A stretch of 44,993 bases of DNA from positions 1-44,993 of IMG/VR virus record IMGVR_UViG_3300027753_000001; one strand, given 5' to 3'. Each line of letters opens with the position of its first letter. Position 1 is the first letter of the stretch. The notes under the pieces were generated by a model. It saw nothing but the letters and a program-made list of their open reading frames with translations. It did no database searches and was not told where the DNA came from. The translations under genes were made by a program, and so were the position numbers. This stretch comes from a virus (lineage: Duplodnaviria > Caudoviricetes). Below, one piece after another: positions 1 through 8,861 of this stretch.

Positions 1-169
1 TGTTGTTGAGCTGTGAGCACCGTGTCCTGTTGTTGAGCTGTGAGCACCGTGTCCTGTTGTTGAGCTGTGAGCACCGTGTCCTGTTGTTGAGCTGTGAGCA
101 CCGCGTCCTGTTGTTGAGCTGTTAGCATAGTCTCCTGTTGTTGAGCTGTGAGCGTATTCTCCTGTTGTT
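1..169. repeat. 27-bp tandem repeat, left part (6 units plus partial)
   Basis: Unit TGTTGTTGAGCTGTGAGCACCGTGTCC; first 3 units perfect, later ones vary; same unit at the right end of the window. Confidence 0.97.
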
Positions 170-486
170 GCTTCATTTGGTTTTATATTGTTTTTATGTG
201 CTTGTAATAACTCATTTTTACTTATTTCTTTTAAAATAGTTATTTTACTACATACGCTTTTATCGTCATCGTCTTTAACATTTTCTGCCTCTATTAAAGC
301 ATACTTACAGTTAATATCTAAGTAGTAGTTTAATACATCACAACTATTTCTGCAGAAATGAAAACCATTAAGGCATAGTTCTAATTTGCCCTTAATAGTG
401 TATGTTTTTCCTACTTCATATTTAAATTCTCTGCAAGTCCAGTCTTTATTAAATGCTTTATATCCTATTATTTTTGATTTTTTCAT
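1..486 (-). CDS. N-terminal part of a phage repeat protein (DUF7666-like N-domain plus TTGxxAHSS repeats); continues across the contig junction
   Basis: Hand translation from ATG 486: MKKSKIIGYKAFNKDWTCREFKYEVGKTY...LCLNGFHFC...DKSVCSKITILKEI...TTGEYAHSSTTGDYANSS, open to base 1; absent from the ORF track. Confidence 0.88.
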   Translation of the reverse strand, partial: MKKSKIIGYKAFNKDWTCREFKYEVGKTYTIKGKLELCLNGFHFCRNSCDVLNYYLDINCKYALIEAENVKDDDDKSVCSKITILKEISKNELLQAHKNNIKPNEATTGEYAHSSTTGDYANSSTTGRGAHSSTTGHGAHSSTTGHGAHSSTTGHGAHSSTT

Positions 487-487
487 T

Positions 488-598
488 TTATCTTAACCTT
501 TGCCTGTATTCTATTTGTATTAGTCGGTGTATTTCTTTAAAGTCTTCTTGGTTTAGTCCTTTGATGTGCATTAGTGTTTCTTTAATGTTATTATTCAT
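488..598 (-). CDS. small hypothetical protein (36 aa, MNNNIKETLMHIKG...)
   Basis: Restart of track ORF 488..724 at ATG 598, because a better ORF occupies 604-741. Confidence 0.55.
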   Translation of the reverse strand: MNNNIKETLMHIKGLNQEDFKEIHRLIQIEYRQRLR

Positions 599-603
599 TT
601 TTT

Positions 604-741
604 TTAGTCTTTTTCTATTATGTTTATGTTGTTGTATTCTATTAAGCAGTAGTCGAAGTATTCGTTTTGGTAGTGTTCTGTTATAAAGTTTTCCATTAGT
701 TCGCATTCGTTTGTTTCTTTCCATTCTTCAAATTGTTCCAT
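604..741 (-). CDS. small acidic hypothetical protein (45 aa)
   Basis: MEQFEEWKETNECELMENFITEHYQNEYFDYCLIEY..., preceded by AAGGTGG. Confidence 0.65.
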   Translation of the reverse strand: MEQFEEWKETNECELMENFITEHYQNEYFDYCLIEYNNINIIEKD

Positions 742-751
742 TCTTCCACCT

Positions 752-836
752 TTATTTTGTTTGTATTAATCTATGTGTTTCTTTAAAATCTTTGTTATTT
801 GTCCCTTTAATGTGTATTAGTGTTTCCTTTATGTTT
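752..836 (-). pseudogene. degenerate duplicate of the 488-598 gene
   Basis: Reads TNIKETLIHIKGTNNKDFKETHRLIQTK* versus NNIKETLMHIKGLNQEDFKEIHRLIQIE; in-frame TAG just upstream and no ATG. Confidence 0.65.
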
Positions 837-857
837 GTTTTAGTCCTCTAGTAATTT

Positions 858-1181
858 TTATAAAACATATTCTAATACATCATAGTGTCCTTGATTATCC
901 TCGTAATATTTTTTAACTTTTTCACTTAACCATTTTAGTATACATTCGACAAGATCTTTAAAGTCTTTTTTTAATAAAATTGAAACTACTTGTATTTTAT
1001 CAAAAGGGTGTTCTTCAAAGAAAACAAAATAAACCCTTGCGTCTGGGGGGTTTATTAAACTTTCTGGGTCTAGTTTAAAACATAAAGTTAAAGCATATAA
1101 ATTATTTGGGTGTTTTTTCCACATAACTGGATTATAAATATCGTATTTATATCTGCTTTTTATAAATGGATGTTCTTTCAT
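858..1181 (-). CDS. hypothetical protein
   Basis: 107 aa ORF, ATGA-coupled to the upstream gene. Confidence 0.7.
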   Translation of the reverse strand: MKEHPFIKSRYKYDIYNPVMWKKHPNNLYALTLCFKLDPESLINPPDARVYFVFFEEHPFDKIQVVSILLKKDFKDLVECILKWLSEKVKKYYEDNQGHYDVLEYVL

Positions 1182-1576
1182 TCTTCCACCTCGTCAAGCT
1201 CTTTAGTTATTTGTTCGCAGTCTTCACGAGTTAAAACATCATTCCATTTATCATCAAGAGTCTTACTATTACTAAGTAGTTCTTCACCACATATATAAAC
1301 TAGCATATTAGCAACTCTTTCAGGCTCTGATAAATCAGTGTAAACTTCTCCAAAATTATCCTGTTCATATTCTTTTATAGTGTCTATTGCTTCAAATATG
1401 TCAAAGTTTTCTTCTAGCCATTTTTTAGCTTCATATCTTCCTGTAATGAAATAATCTGTGTTGAATGCTTCGTGATGTAAGTCGCACCCGTAACCGTTAA
1501 ACCATTTCAATACTTCTTTTGCTTGTTCTTTTATTTCTTCTTTTGCTTCTTCTGTTATATCGTTATAATATGCCAT
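1178..1576 (-). CDS. acidic early protein, possible DNA mimic / anti-restriction protein
   Basis: D/E-rich; DLHHEAFNTDY...FGEVYTDLSEPERVANM motif resembles a widespread phage family; AGGTGA RBS; function is inference. Confidence 0.6.
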   Translation of the reverse strand: MAYYNDITEEAKEEIKEQAKEVLKWFNGYGCDLHHEAFNTDYFITGRYEAKKWLEENFDIFEAIDTIKEYEQDNFGEVYTDLSEPERVANMLVYICGEELLSNSKTLDDKWNDVLTREDCEQITKELDEVEE

Positions 1577-1664
1577 TTTATTTCACCTATTATTTACTAC
1601 TATATCATAGTGTTTTATTATTTCGTTGTCTTGTTCATAATCATACCTTATTATTTTAATCATT

Positions 1665-1796
1665 TTAATATCCTCTTAGTTGTTGTTTTAGTTCTTTAGT
1701 GTTAAAAGGACTGCACAAGTCAATATAACCTTTTCTTGTCATCTTTGTTATCATCTTACTTATTAAGCTTCTTTGTCCATATGTTTTTATTATCAT
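1665..1796 (-). CDS. small basic hypothetical protein (43 aa)
   Basis: MIIKTYGQRSLISKMITKMTRKGYIDLC...; AAGGTGA RBS; first ORF after the promoter at 1844-1860. Confidence 0.55.
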   Translation of the reverse strand: MIIKTYGQRSLISKMITKMTRKGYIDLCSPFNTKELKQQLRGY

Positions 1797-1843
1797 GTTT
1801 ATTCACCTTGTTTGTTTTTCTTAATATAAGATTGTTTGTGTAG

Positions 1844-1860
1844 TTTATAAATATTGTTGT
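1844..1860 (-). promoter_or_regulatory. archaeal-type TATA promoter for the early gene block
   Basis: Minus strand ACAACAATATTTATAAA, matches motif copies at 27761, 38631 and 42537. Confidence 0.65.
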
Positions 1861-1879
1861 TGTATAATGTATAGTTTAT

Positions 1880-2190
1880 AGAATATACTTCGTTTGTTAC
1901 ATATATATATTATATATAGTATATATATACTAATACTATTATTATATAGATCTTATTATATTATTATTATTATATTATTATATTATTATTATATATTATT
2001 ATATATTATTATATATCTTATTATATTATTATTATTATATTATTATATTATTATATATATCTTACTATATTCTACTATATTCTATTATATATTCTACTAC
2101 TATATATTTATTCTTATTATTATTACAATAATATAATATATTATAATATAATATAGTATAGTATAATATAATATAGTATAATATAGTATA
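1880..2190. repeat. AT-rich low-complexity tract between divergent genome halves
   Basis: (TAT)n and ATATAGT/ATATA short repeats; almost no G or C. Confidence 0.85.
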
Positions 2191-2333
2191 ACTTCACAAA
2201 AACACACCCACCCCCACCACCAATAAGTAGTACACTACAGACCATATAGATTATTTATTTGTATGTTGTTTTTATATAGGTTTAGTATTTGCGTATAGGT
2301 TAAGTATTTGTGTGGTTGTTTTGGTGTGGTTTT

Positions 2334-2349
2334 CCGAAACATTTATATA
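2334..2349 (+). promoter_or_regulatory. BRE+TATA promoter of the packaging operon
   Basis: CCGAAACATTTATATA; CGAAACATTTA recurs at 24825 and 42584; ATG at 2375 implies a nearly leaderless mRNA. Confidence 0.75.
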
Positions 2350-2374
2350 TTAGTTGTGCTTTTTGTATATTGGT

Positions 2375-2707
2375 ATGGGTGTTGTTCGTTTGAGTGGTAG
2401 TGGTTTGCAGGTTCAGTTTGTGGATGATGAGGGTAATGTGTTTGTTACTAGTAAGAAGTTCTTGTTGGGTTTTCTTGGTAGGGGTGTTGTTGGTGTTCCT
2501 TTGTTTCTTGGTCGTCTTCCTTTTAGTTTGAGTCCTAAGAGGTATGGTAGGAGTGTTGTGGTTGGTGGTGATGCTCTTAGTGGTGGAGTTGTTGGTGTTT
2601 TGCTTGGTGGTTCTGAGGGTAGGGGTGTGGATGTTAGTGGTAGTTTGCAGTTGGAGAAGAAGGCTCTTGGTGACTTGGTGGATTTGAGTGTGGAGGTTGA
2701 TTTGTGA
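2375..2707 (+). CDS. hypothetical protein upstream of terminase (small terminase subunit only by position)
   Basis: ATG 2375; abuts the terminase; same T-ending codon bias. Confidence 0.6.
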   Translation: MGVVRLSGSGLQVQFVDDEGNVFVTSKKFLLGFLGRGVVGVPLFLGRLPFSLSPKRYGRSVVVGGDALSGGVVGVLLGGSEGRGVDVSGSLQLEKKALGDLVDLSVEVDL

Positions 2708-4272
2708 TGGTTCTTGAGGATTTTGATTTGGTTGAGTATAAGGGTTTTATTGGTGGTGTTAGGGCTCGGGTTGCTAGTGGTAGTTTTAGTTGGGCTAGGT
2801 GTCGTGATGATCTTGTGTTTTTTGCTGAGAGGGGTCTTGGTGTTAGGTTGTTTGATTGGCAAGTTATTTTTTTGAGTCGTGCTATGAGTATTATTCATGG
2901 TGTTGATGTTGAGGGTAAGAGTTTTAGGTGGCTTCTTGCTAATACTAGTAGGCAGGTTGGTAAGTCTATGATGCTTACTATTATTGGGTTGTGGTGTGTG
3001 TTGTTTAATAAGAAGCCTGATAGGCGTTATTGTACTACTACTGTTGCTGTTATTAGTAGGGGTGGTGATCAGGCTAAGAAGTTGTTGAATGAGTTTAAGT
3101 TGACTATGGAGAGTGGTGATCGTTTTGTTAGGAGTACTTATGTGGATGGTAGTGGTAAGCCTTTGTTTGGTGAGAGGTTCTTTTCTAATTTGCTTAGTAG
3201 GAGTCACGCGAATAATACTACTGTGATTAGTTTTGAGTCTCATAATCCTGTTAAGCACGGTGAGTATTTCTTTGTTGGTAGTAGTGCTCCTGGTAGGATT
3301 CTTTGTTTGCCTCCTACTGACGCGGTTCTTGGTTATACGTTCACTATTGGTTTCTGTGATGAGTTTGGTAGTACTGAGAGTTTTACTGATGAGTTCTGGA
3401 AGAGGAAGTTGAAGCCTACTGGGGATGCTAATCAGGCTCTTTGGATTTTTACTAGTACTCCTTGGGTTCCTAATGGTGTTTTCTATGATTTCTGTAATCC
3501 TAGGAATGAGCGTAGTGTTGAGCATATTTGTAGGTTGCAGTTTCCTATTAAGGCTTTGGAGTTGGATGATTGTGAGGAGGCTAAGTTGCAGTTTAAGAAC
3601 GTGATGGCGGATATTGAGTTGTTGTTGTTGGAGGGTGATTTGGACTCGGTTAATGCTAATTATAATTGTAAGTTTGTTAAGGGTAATCTTAGTTATTTTA
3701 GTCCTGATGAGGTTTATGGTTTGTTTGTTGATGATTATAGTAGCGTTACGAGTCTTCCCAGGGATGTTTTGGTTGATGTCGGTGTGGATTTTGGTGGTCA
3801 GAGTACTAGTAGGAGTGTTATTACTGTTAGTACTATGGGTGATAGTGGTGTGATTAAGAGGTTGTTTCATATTAGGTATGATTTGAATAAGGATTTGGAG
3901 TTAATGGATGATTTGGAGATGATTCGTAAGAGTTTTAATGTTCAAAGGATTATTCCTGATGATTGTCCTGCTGGTAGGCATTTGATTAATGTTATGATTC
4001 AGAAGGGCTGGGATGTGCACCCTATGAGTTTCCGTACTGATAAGGTTAAGAAGTATGGTGCTTTTAGGAGTAAGTTGAGGCGTGGTTTGGTTAGGAGTTA
4101 TACTGATGATGTCTTGGTTGGTGAGATGCTTGGTTTGGAGTTCGGTGCTGGTAAGCAGAATAGTGTTATTAGTCCTAGTAATGGTTTAACTGATGATTTG
4201 ATTGATAGTTTTGTTCTTAGTTCTTATTTCTTTGTTGATGATGAGGATGAGTTCAGGTTTTTTGAGGTGTGA
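2704..4272 (+). CDS. terL: terminase large subunit
   Basis: Walker A SRQVGKS, Walker B FCDE, STP coupling motif, nuclease VGVDFG and TDDLIDS. Confidence 0.93.
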   Translation: MMVLEDFDLVEYKGFIGGVRARVASGSFSWARCRDDLVFFAERGLGVRLFDWQVIFLSRAMSIIHGVDVEGKSFRWLLANTSRQVGKSMMLTIIGLWCVLFNKKPDRRYCTTTVAVISRGGDQAKKLLNEFKLTMESGDRFVRSTYVDGSGKPLFGERFFSNLLSRSHANNTTVISFESHNPVKHGEYFFVGSSAPGRILCLPPTDAVLGYTFTIGFCDEFGSTESFTDEFWKRKLKPTGDANQALWIFTSTPWVPNGVFYDFCNPRNERSVEHICRLQFPIKALELDDCEEAKLQFKNVMADIELLLLEGDLDSVNANYNCKFVKGNLSYFSPDEVYGLFVDDYSSVTSLPRDVLVDVGVDFGGQSTSRSVITVSTMGDSGVIKRLFHIRYDLNKDLELMDDLEMIRKSFNVQRIIPDDCPAGRHLINVMIQKGWDVHPMSFRTDKVKKYGAFRSKLRRGLVRSYTDDVLVGEMLGLEFGAGKQNSVISPSNGLTDDLIDSFVLSSYFFVDDEDEFRFFEV

Positions 4273-4404
4273 ATGATGGGTGATGAGTCGTATATGATTA
4301 GGAGGAGGGCTAGGCAGCCTTTTTTTAAGGAAGTTTTTGGTTTTTATAGAATTAGTTATGGTGGTACAAATTTGGAGGTGGCTGTGTATGAAGAACGCGA
4401 CTAG
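4273..4404 (+). CDS. small hypothetical protein (43 aa)
   Basis: MMGDESYMIRRRARQPFFKEVFGFYRISYGG...; GAGGTG RBS; fills the gap after terminase. Confidence 0.5.
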   Translation: MMGDESYMIRRRARQPFFKEVFGFYRISYGGTNLEVAVYEERD

Positions 4405-4600
4405 TATTAGGAGTAGTTATGATGCTGAGAATAAGCTTGGTTTATTTATGGAGTTGCATGAGGAGAAGGCTTATTATCAGGAAGTGTTACAGAGGATTAT
4501 TAATAATCCTAGGTATTACTTGGATAATTTGGACGACTTATATGTTTTCAGGGTTAGTTTCATTGAGTACAAACCTTATAAGGAATACAAAGCTTTATAA
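4388..4600 (+). CDS. hypothetical protein
   Basis: Track ORF 4337..4600 restarted at ATG 4388 after GGAGGTG. Confidence 0.6.
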   Translation: MKNATSIRSSYDAENKLGLFMELHEEKAYYQEVLQRIINNPRYYLDNLDDLYVFRVSFIEYKPYKEYKAL

Positions 4601-4604
4601 ATAA
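4588..4604 (+). promoter_or_regulatory. TATA promoter for the head operon
   Basis: CAAAGCTTTATAAATAA; AGCTTTATAAA recurs at ~19990. Confidence 0.6.
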
Positions 4605-4691
4605 ATACTTTTATGTGTTAAGTCCTTTGAAGGTGGCTCCCTACCTTTGCCCTTACTACTAAATTTTTTTTATTTCCTATTTTGGTTTACT

Positions 4692-6038
4692 ATGGTTAAA
4701 AACAACATTATATCAGATACAGAGTTAGTTAAGAACGATAATAGTCAAGGCTATATTAGTGATTACTTGCTTAATAGTCCGTCTAAGTTCAACAAGGCTA
4801 ATGGTTACACTAGCAGTATGAGCATTGAGCTTATAAGGAAGATTATAGAAGAGGATCCGTTAGTTAAAGGTGTTATTACTACTTTGGTTGATAAGACTCT
4901 TGAAGTTGCTTATGGTGTTACTGGTAAGGATGGTAGGAGTAGTATTCCTAAGCTTAAAAGTAAACTTGAAGATTTAAGATTCAACAGGCTTATTAGGAAG
5001 GTGTTGTTTAATTTGTTCTTGTACAATAATGCTTTTGTTGAAATTGTTAAACCTAAAGGCGGTGAAGTCACTGATCTTAATGTTTTAGAAACTCAGTACA
5101 TGAAGATTAATGCTGAGGATAACGGTGACGTTTATGGTTATTACCAAGACGTTAATGGTAGTGGTAAAGATAGTCCTAGTTGGACTGTTGATGAAGTTGT
5201 TCATTTTAAGTTAGATGATTATAGTTCTAATGTTTGGAGTCCTGCTACTTTTCAGAGTTTAAAAGACACTATTCTTATAAAGGATGCTATTCGTAATTGG
5301 ATGCATTGGTTCTTTAAAACTAATCAGTTAAAGCCTATTATTAGTGTTGAGAAGACTAATGCTGGTATGATGAAGGATTTCGTTGAGCATTTAAAGAATG
5401 CTGAGAATGATCCTGGTAAACCTATTCCTGTTATGGGTAAGGTTATTATTGAGAAGCTTCAAAAGTTCAGTGATGAAGGAACTAGTATTATGCAAGTTCT
5501 TAACTGGTGTGATAGACAGGTTCTTATGTTATTACAGGTTCCTCCTATTGCTATTGGGTTACCTGATAGTAGTGGTAGAAGTAATAGTGTTGAGCAATAC
5601 GCTGCTCTTAATACTCGTGTTTTTGCAGTTCACAGATTACTAGAAGATGTGCTTACTTATGATTTATTCCCTAAGATTGGCTTTGATAAGGCTAAGTTTG
5701 AGTTCAGTCTTCCTCTTGGTGGTAAGACTAAGGAGTTGCTTGAAATGGTTCAGATTATGAAGAATTCATTATTCACAGATGAGGCTATTGAGGAGTTCCT
5801 TATTATTAATGGTTTAAGATTTAGCACTGGTAAAGTGTTGAAGTCAGAAGAAGAAATTGCTATGATGTCTAATAAGGATTTAGGTACTGGTAATGAGTCG
5901 ATGAAGGGTAATAGTAGTGCTGATGCTAGTAAGAGTCGTAAAAGACAAGGTGAGGGTATTAGTGATGCTAATAAGTCTGAGATGGTTAAGAATTCTAAGT
6001 TTAATAGTTACCCTTATACTTATGAGGTGAAAGAATGA
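4692..6038 (+). CDS. portal protein
   Basis: Follows terminase; portal-like motifs LYNNAFVEIV, EVVHFK, LLQVPP; start moved to ATG 4692. Confidence 0.88.
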   Translation: MVKNNIISDTELVKNDNSQGYISDYLLNSPSKFNKANGYTSSMSIELIRKIIEEDPLVKGVITTLVDKTLEVAYGVTGKDGRSSIPKLKSKLEDLRFNRLIRKVLFNLFLYNNAFVEIVKPKGGEVTDLNVLETQYMKINAEDNGDVYGYYQDVNGSGKDSPSWTVDEVVHFKLDDYSSNVWSPATFQSLKDTILIKDAIRNWMHWFFKTNQLKPIISVEKTNAGMMKDFVEHLKNAENDPGKPIPVMGKVIIEKLQKFSDEGTSIMQVLNWCDRQVLMLLQVPPIAIGLPDSSGRSNSVEQYAALNTRVFAVHRLLEDVLTYDLFPKIGFDKAKFEFSLPLGGKTKELLEMVQIMKNSLFTDEAIEEFLIINGLRFSTGKVLKSEEEIAMMSNKDLGTGNESMKGNSSADASKSRKRQGEGISDANKSEMVKNSKFNSYPYTYEVKE

Positions 6039-6733
6039 TTCCTAGTAGTATAGATAAGATTCTACCTAGTACTGGTAAAGCTTTTTATTTGGACGCTCTT
6101 AATAAAGCTAAGGTTAAAGGTTATGATGACGTGGTAAGCCACAGGATTGCTTGGAGTGTTACTAAGGATAAGTTTAAGAAGAACAGTGAGGGTTTAATCG
6201 CTCTTAGTGAGGACTTTGTTAAACCTGAACTTCTTAGTTTCAGTCTTAACAGTGATGGGGCGGAATTGGTTATTAATGGTGATGGTGACGGGTTCTTCTT
6301 TGAGGGTACTCTTGCTAATGTTTTTGATTCCTTTATTACTAGTAGTGGTTTTAGTAGGAAATTTGATGAGGAAGCTTTGCTTAGTTTAGCTGAGCAAATA
6401 AATAGTATGGGTAGTACCATGCCTGACTTTAATCATTCTGAGCTAACTAAGGTTCTTGAGTCTACTAGTGATCCTGAAGCTATTCTTAATAGTTTAAAGA
6501 AGAGGAAGGGTTTAATCACTGAAATTAAAGCTGTGGTTAAAGATGGTCACTTATGGGTCAGGGGTAAACTTGACTCTAGGTATAAGAGCATGGTTAATAG
6601 GCTTAAAGGTATTAGTATTGAGAGTCTTGCTACTAATATTAAGGGTGGCTTAGTTAAAGGTGCTAAGTATTTAGGTTTTACTTTTACTGATAAACCTCAG
6701 ATGAAACAAGCTAAGGTTATGAAAGTAGAATAA
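6035..6733 (+). CDS. prohead protease with N-terminal ChaB-like domain
   Basis: N-terminal LPS...YLDALN...SHRIAWSVTKDKFKK is ChaB-like; DFNH and GISIE match HK97-type protease His/Ser motifs. Confidence 0.72.
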   Translation: MIPSSIDKILPSTGKAFYLDALNKAKVKGYDDVVSHRIAWSVTKDKFKKNSEGLIALSEDFVKPELLSFSLNSDGAELVINGDGDGFFFEGTLANVFDSFITSSGFSRKFDEEALLSLAEQINSMGSTMPDFNHSELTKVLESTSDPEAILNSLKKRKGLITEIKAVVKDGHLWVRGKLDSRYKSMVNRLKGISIESLATNIKGGLVKGAKYLGFTFTDKPQMKQAKVMKVE

Positions 6734-6768
6734 TTAGTATTTTTTTAGTGTTGAATTGGTGAATTTAG

Positions 6769-7329
6769 ATGAAGATTGGATTAGTAGTATACTTAGTTGA
6801 AGGTACAAGTGTTAATTACAAAGATGAACTTAATAGTTTAATTAAGGGTGACGTAGTTGTTTCGTATCATAGTTCTGGTAGTGTTAGTGACGCTTTTAAT
6901 AAAGGTGCTAAGGAGTTAATTGGTGCTGGTTGTGATAAGCTTGTTTTCTTGCAGAGTTACGCTAAGATTCTTGATGGTGACGTTATTAGTGTTCTTGCTA
7001 AGTTACCTGGTCATTTTAATTTAGTTAGTGATCAGCCTAATTTATTAGAGGATTACTTGTTCTGTATTAGTAGTGAGGCTTTTTCTAGTTTTGATTCATT
7101 ATATTCTACTTATTTGTATTTGTATGATTTCTTTATTAAGCAGCACGGTGTTCTTGGTATTAGCCATGTTCCTTCTGTGAATATTAGTGGTGTTAGTGTT
7201 GATTATAGTTTGTTGCCTATTAAGTCTAATTTCGAATACTTTTTTAGTAATGACGAGGAGTACTTCGCTGTTAAGTATGGTGTTAGGATTAGCCAGGCTG
7301 GTTCCTTGGTTGAAAGGGGTGCTTTATGA
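6769..7329 (+). CDS. glycosyltransferase-like protein (GT-A fold, DxD apparently degenerate)
   Basis: SVSDAFNKGAKE...DKLVFLQSY and FDSLY...YLYDF resemble GT2 motifs; adjacent to a clearer GT2. Confidence 0.5.
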   Translation: MKIGLVVYLVEGTSVNYKDELNSLIKGDVVVSYHSSGSVSDAFNKGAKELIGAGCDKLVFLQSYAKILDGDVISVLAKLPGHFNLVSDQPNLLEDYLFCISSEAFSSFDSLYSTYLYLYDFFIKQHGVLGISHVPSVNISGVSVDYSLLPIKSNFEYFFSNDEEYFAVKYGVRISQAGSLVERGAL

Positions 7330-8054
7330 GTAGTCCTAAAGTTCTTGTTGGTGTTGTTACTTATAGTGGTAAGCATTATATTTTTCCTAAGAATTATGAT
7401 GCGATTAGTAATCTTAGTTATCCTAATTATGATTTTATTATTGTTGATAATACTAGTCATAAGAGTTACACTTCTAAACTTAGGCGTGAGGGTTATAAGA
7501 ATGTTCACTGGGTTGGTAGGGGCGTGATTGATAAGAATAGCCGTATGGCTTTAACTAAGAGCCAGAACTATATTAGGGAAAAGTTTATAAATGAAGGCTA
7601 TGATTTTTTAATGCTTATAGAGAGCGACTTACTACCTGATAGGAACATAATACAAAGACTTATGAGTCATGCCAAACCAGTAGTAGGTTCTGTCTATTAC
7701 TTAGGTACAAATAAGGTTAAGTTTCCTTGCATATTCTTAAGAGAAGGTGAAGGTAGCAAAATTTTAGGAGTAACTGAAACTTTCCCAGGTCACAAAAACG
7801 TTAATATGGCTGAAATTAATGCTTTCCTTGACGGATCGCTTAAAAAGGTTCATGGTTGTGGTTTTGGGTGTACGCTTATAAGAAGGGACGTAGTTAAGAA
7901 GTTTCCTTTCTGGTATGATGAAAGGTTTGCTGACAAGCACAGTGACGTATATTTTTATATGGATACTGAGAACAATAATATTCCTGTATACGTTGATACC
8001 AGCGTTATTGTTCCGCACTTCCCAAGTGACTGGAATTTAGTAAAGGATAGATAA
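7326..8054 (+). CDS. glycosyltransferase family 2-like protein
   Basis: LSYPNYDFIIVDNT, LMLIESD, GCGFGCTLIRRDV, HSDVYF. Confidence 0.85.
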   Translation: MSSPKVLVGVVTYSGKHYIFPKNYDAISNLSYPNYDFIIVDNTSHKSYTSKLRREGYKNVHWVGRGVIDKNSRMALTKSQNYIREKFINEGYDFLMLIESDLLPDRNIIQRLMSHAKPVVGSVYYLGTNKVKFPCIFLREGEGSKILGVTETFPGHKNVNMAEINAFLDGSLKKVHGCGFGCTLIRRDVVKKFPFWYDERFADKHSDVYFYMDTENNNIPVYVDTSVIVPHFPSDWNLVKDR

Positions 8055-8067
8055 GAGGTATAATAGA

Positions 8068-8454
8068 ATGGTTGAAAAGATTGAAATGGACTCTAGGCTT
8101 AAACACTTAGAAAATTTAGAAAGAGAATTAAAGATTTATGAAGAAGATCACAAAGACACAAGTGAAGCTATAAGTATAGTTGAAAAGAAACTTAGTATAA
8201 CTAAGCAAATGGATGCTATAAAATTTGATAACTTTATGCCTAACTATGAGAAGGTGCTTTGGAAATTCGAACAAGATCCTAAATTTATTGAATTAACAAA
8301 GGAGTTACACTTAATAGAAGCACAGTCTAATATTAAGAAGATGACTTTATCCTTAAAAAGTGGCACTGACACTCTAAGAAAATTAGAGGAGAACATTAAG
8401 AGTGCTAATGATGAAATTACTCGGATCAAAGCTTTAATAGGTGACGCACAATGA
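8068..8454 (+). CDS. coiled-coil hypothetical protein
   Basis: 128 aa helical, charged; GAGGT RBS. Confidence 0.7.
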   Translation: MVEKIEMDSRLKHLENLERELKIYEEDHKDTSEAISIVEKKLSITKQMDAIKFDNFMPNYEKVLWKFEQDPKFIELTKELHLIEAQSNIKKMTLSLKSGTDTLRKLEENIKSANDEITRIKALIGDAQ

Positions 8455-8861
8455 GTGAAGAAAACGTTAAAGTAAGCCAAGAAGATTTTGCTAAAGCAGA
8501 AGCTGAAGTTAAGTTAATGGAAGAACGTAGAAAGAAAGAAGTAGAGTCTTTACTGAAAGAAGCTGAAACTAAAGGCAAAGAAGAAGCTATGAAGTCATAC
8601 GAAGAAGCAGAGAAGTCTAAGAAGGACGCTGAAGAAAAAGCTAAGATGGCTAAAGAATTAGCTGAGTATAAAGCTAAGTTAGAAGAACAGGAAAAGTCCA
8701 GGGCTGAATTTGAGAAAAGACTTGCTGAAATAGAAACTAGGAAACAAGGTGCTGCTAGTAATAAGAGCCCTTTTGATGAGATTAAAAGCAAGATGACTGA
8801 AGAAGATATTAAGAATGCTGAGTATGAGAGCTGGATAGCTTTCAGATCTAGACAAAATTAA
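8451..8861 (+). CDS. capsid scaffolding protein
   Basis: E/K/A-rich coiled coil immediately upstream of the capsid gene. Confidence 0.72.
   Translation: MSEENVKVSQEDFAKAEAEVKLMEERRKKEVESLLKEAETKGKEEAMKSYEEAEKSKKDAEEKAKMAKELAEYKAKLEEQEKSRAEFEKRLAEIETRKQGAASNKSPFDEIKSKMTEEDIKNAEYESWIAFRSRQN

Noticed and set aside
488-724. 78-aa track ORF as annotated
   Set aside because: Its 5' half overlaps a better RBS-bearing ORF (604-741); restart at 598 preferred
1894-2136. 80-aa I/Y/L ORF
   Set aside because: Translation of the (TAT)n low-complexity tract
2413-3870. 485-aa antisense ORF
   Set aside because: Shadow of the terminase: extreme T/G codon bias removes opposite-strand stops; low-complexity T/N/I/K product
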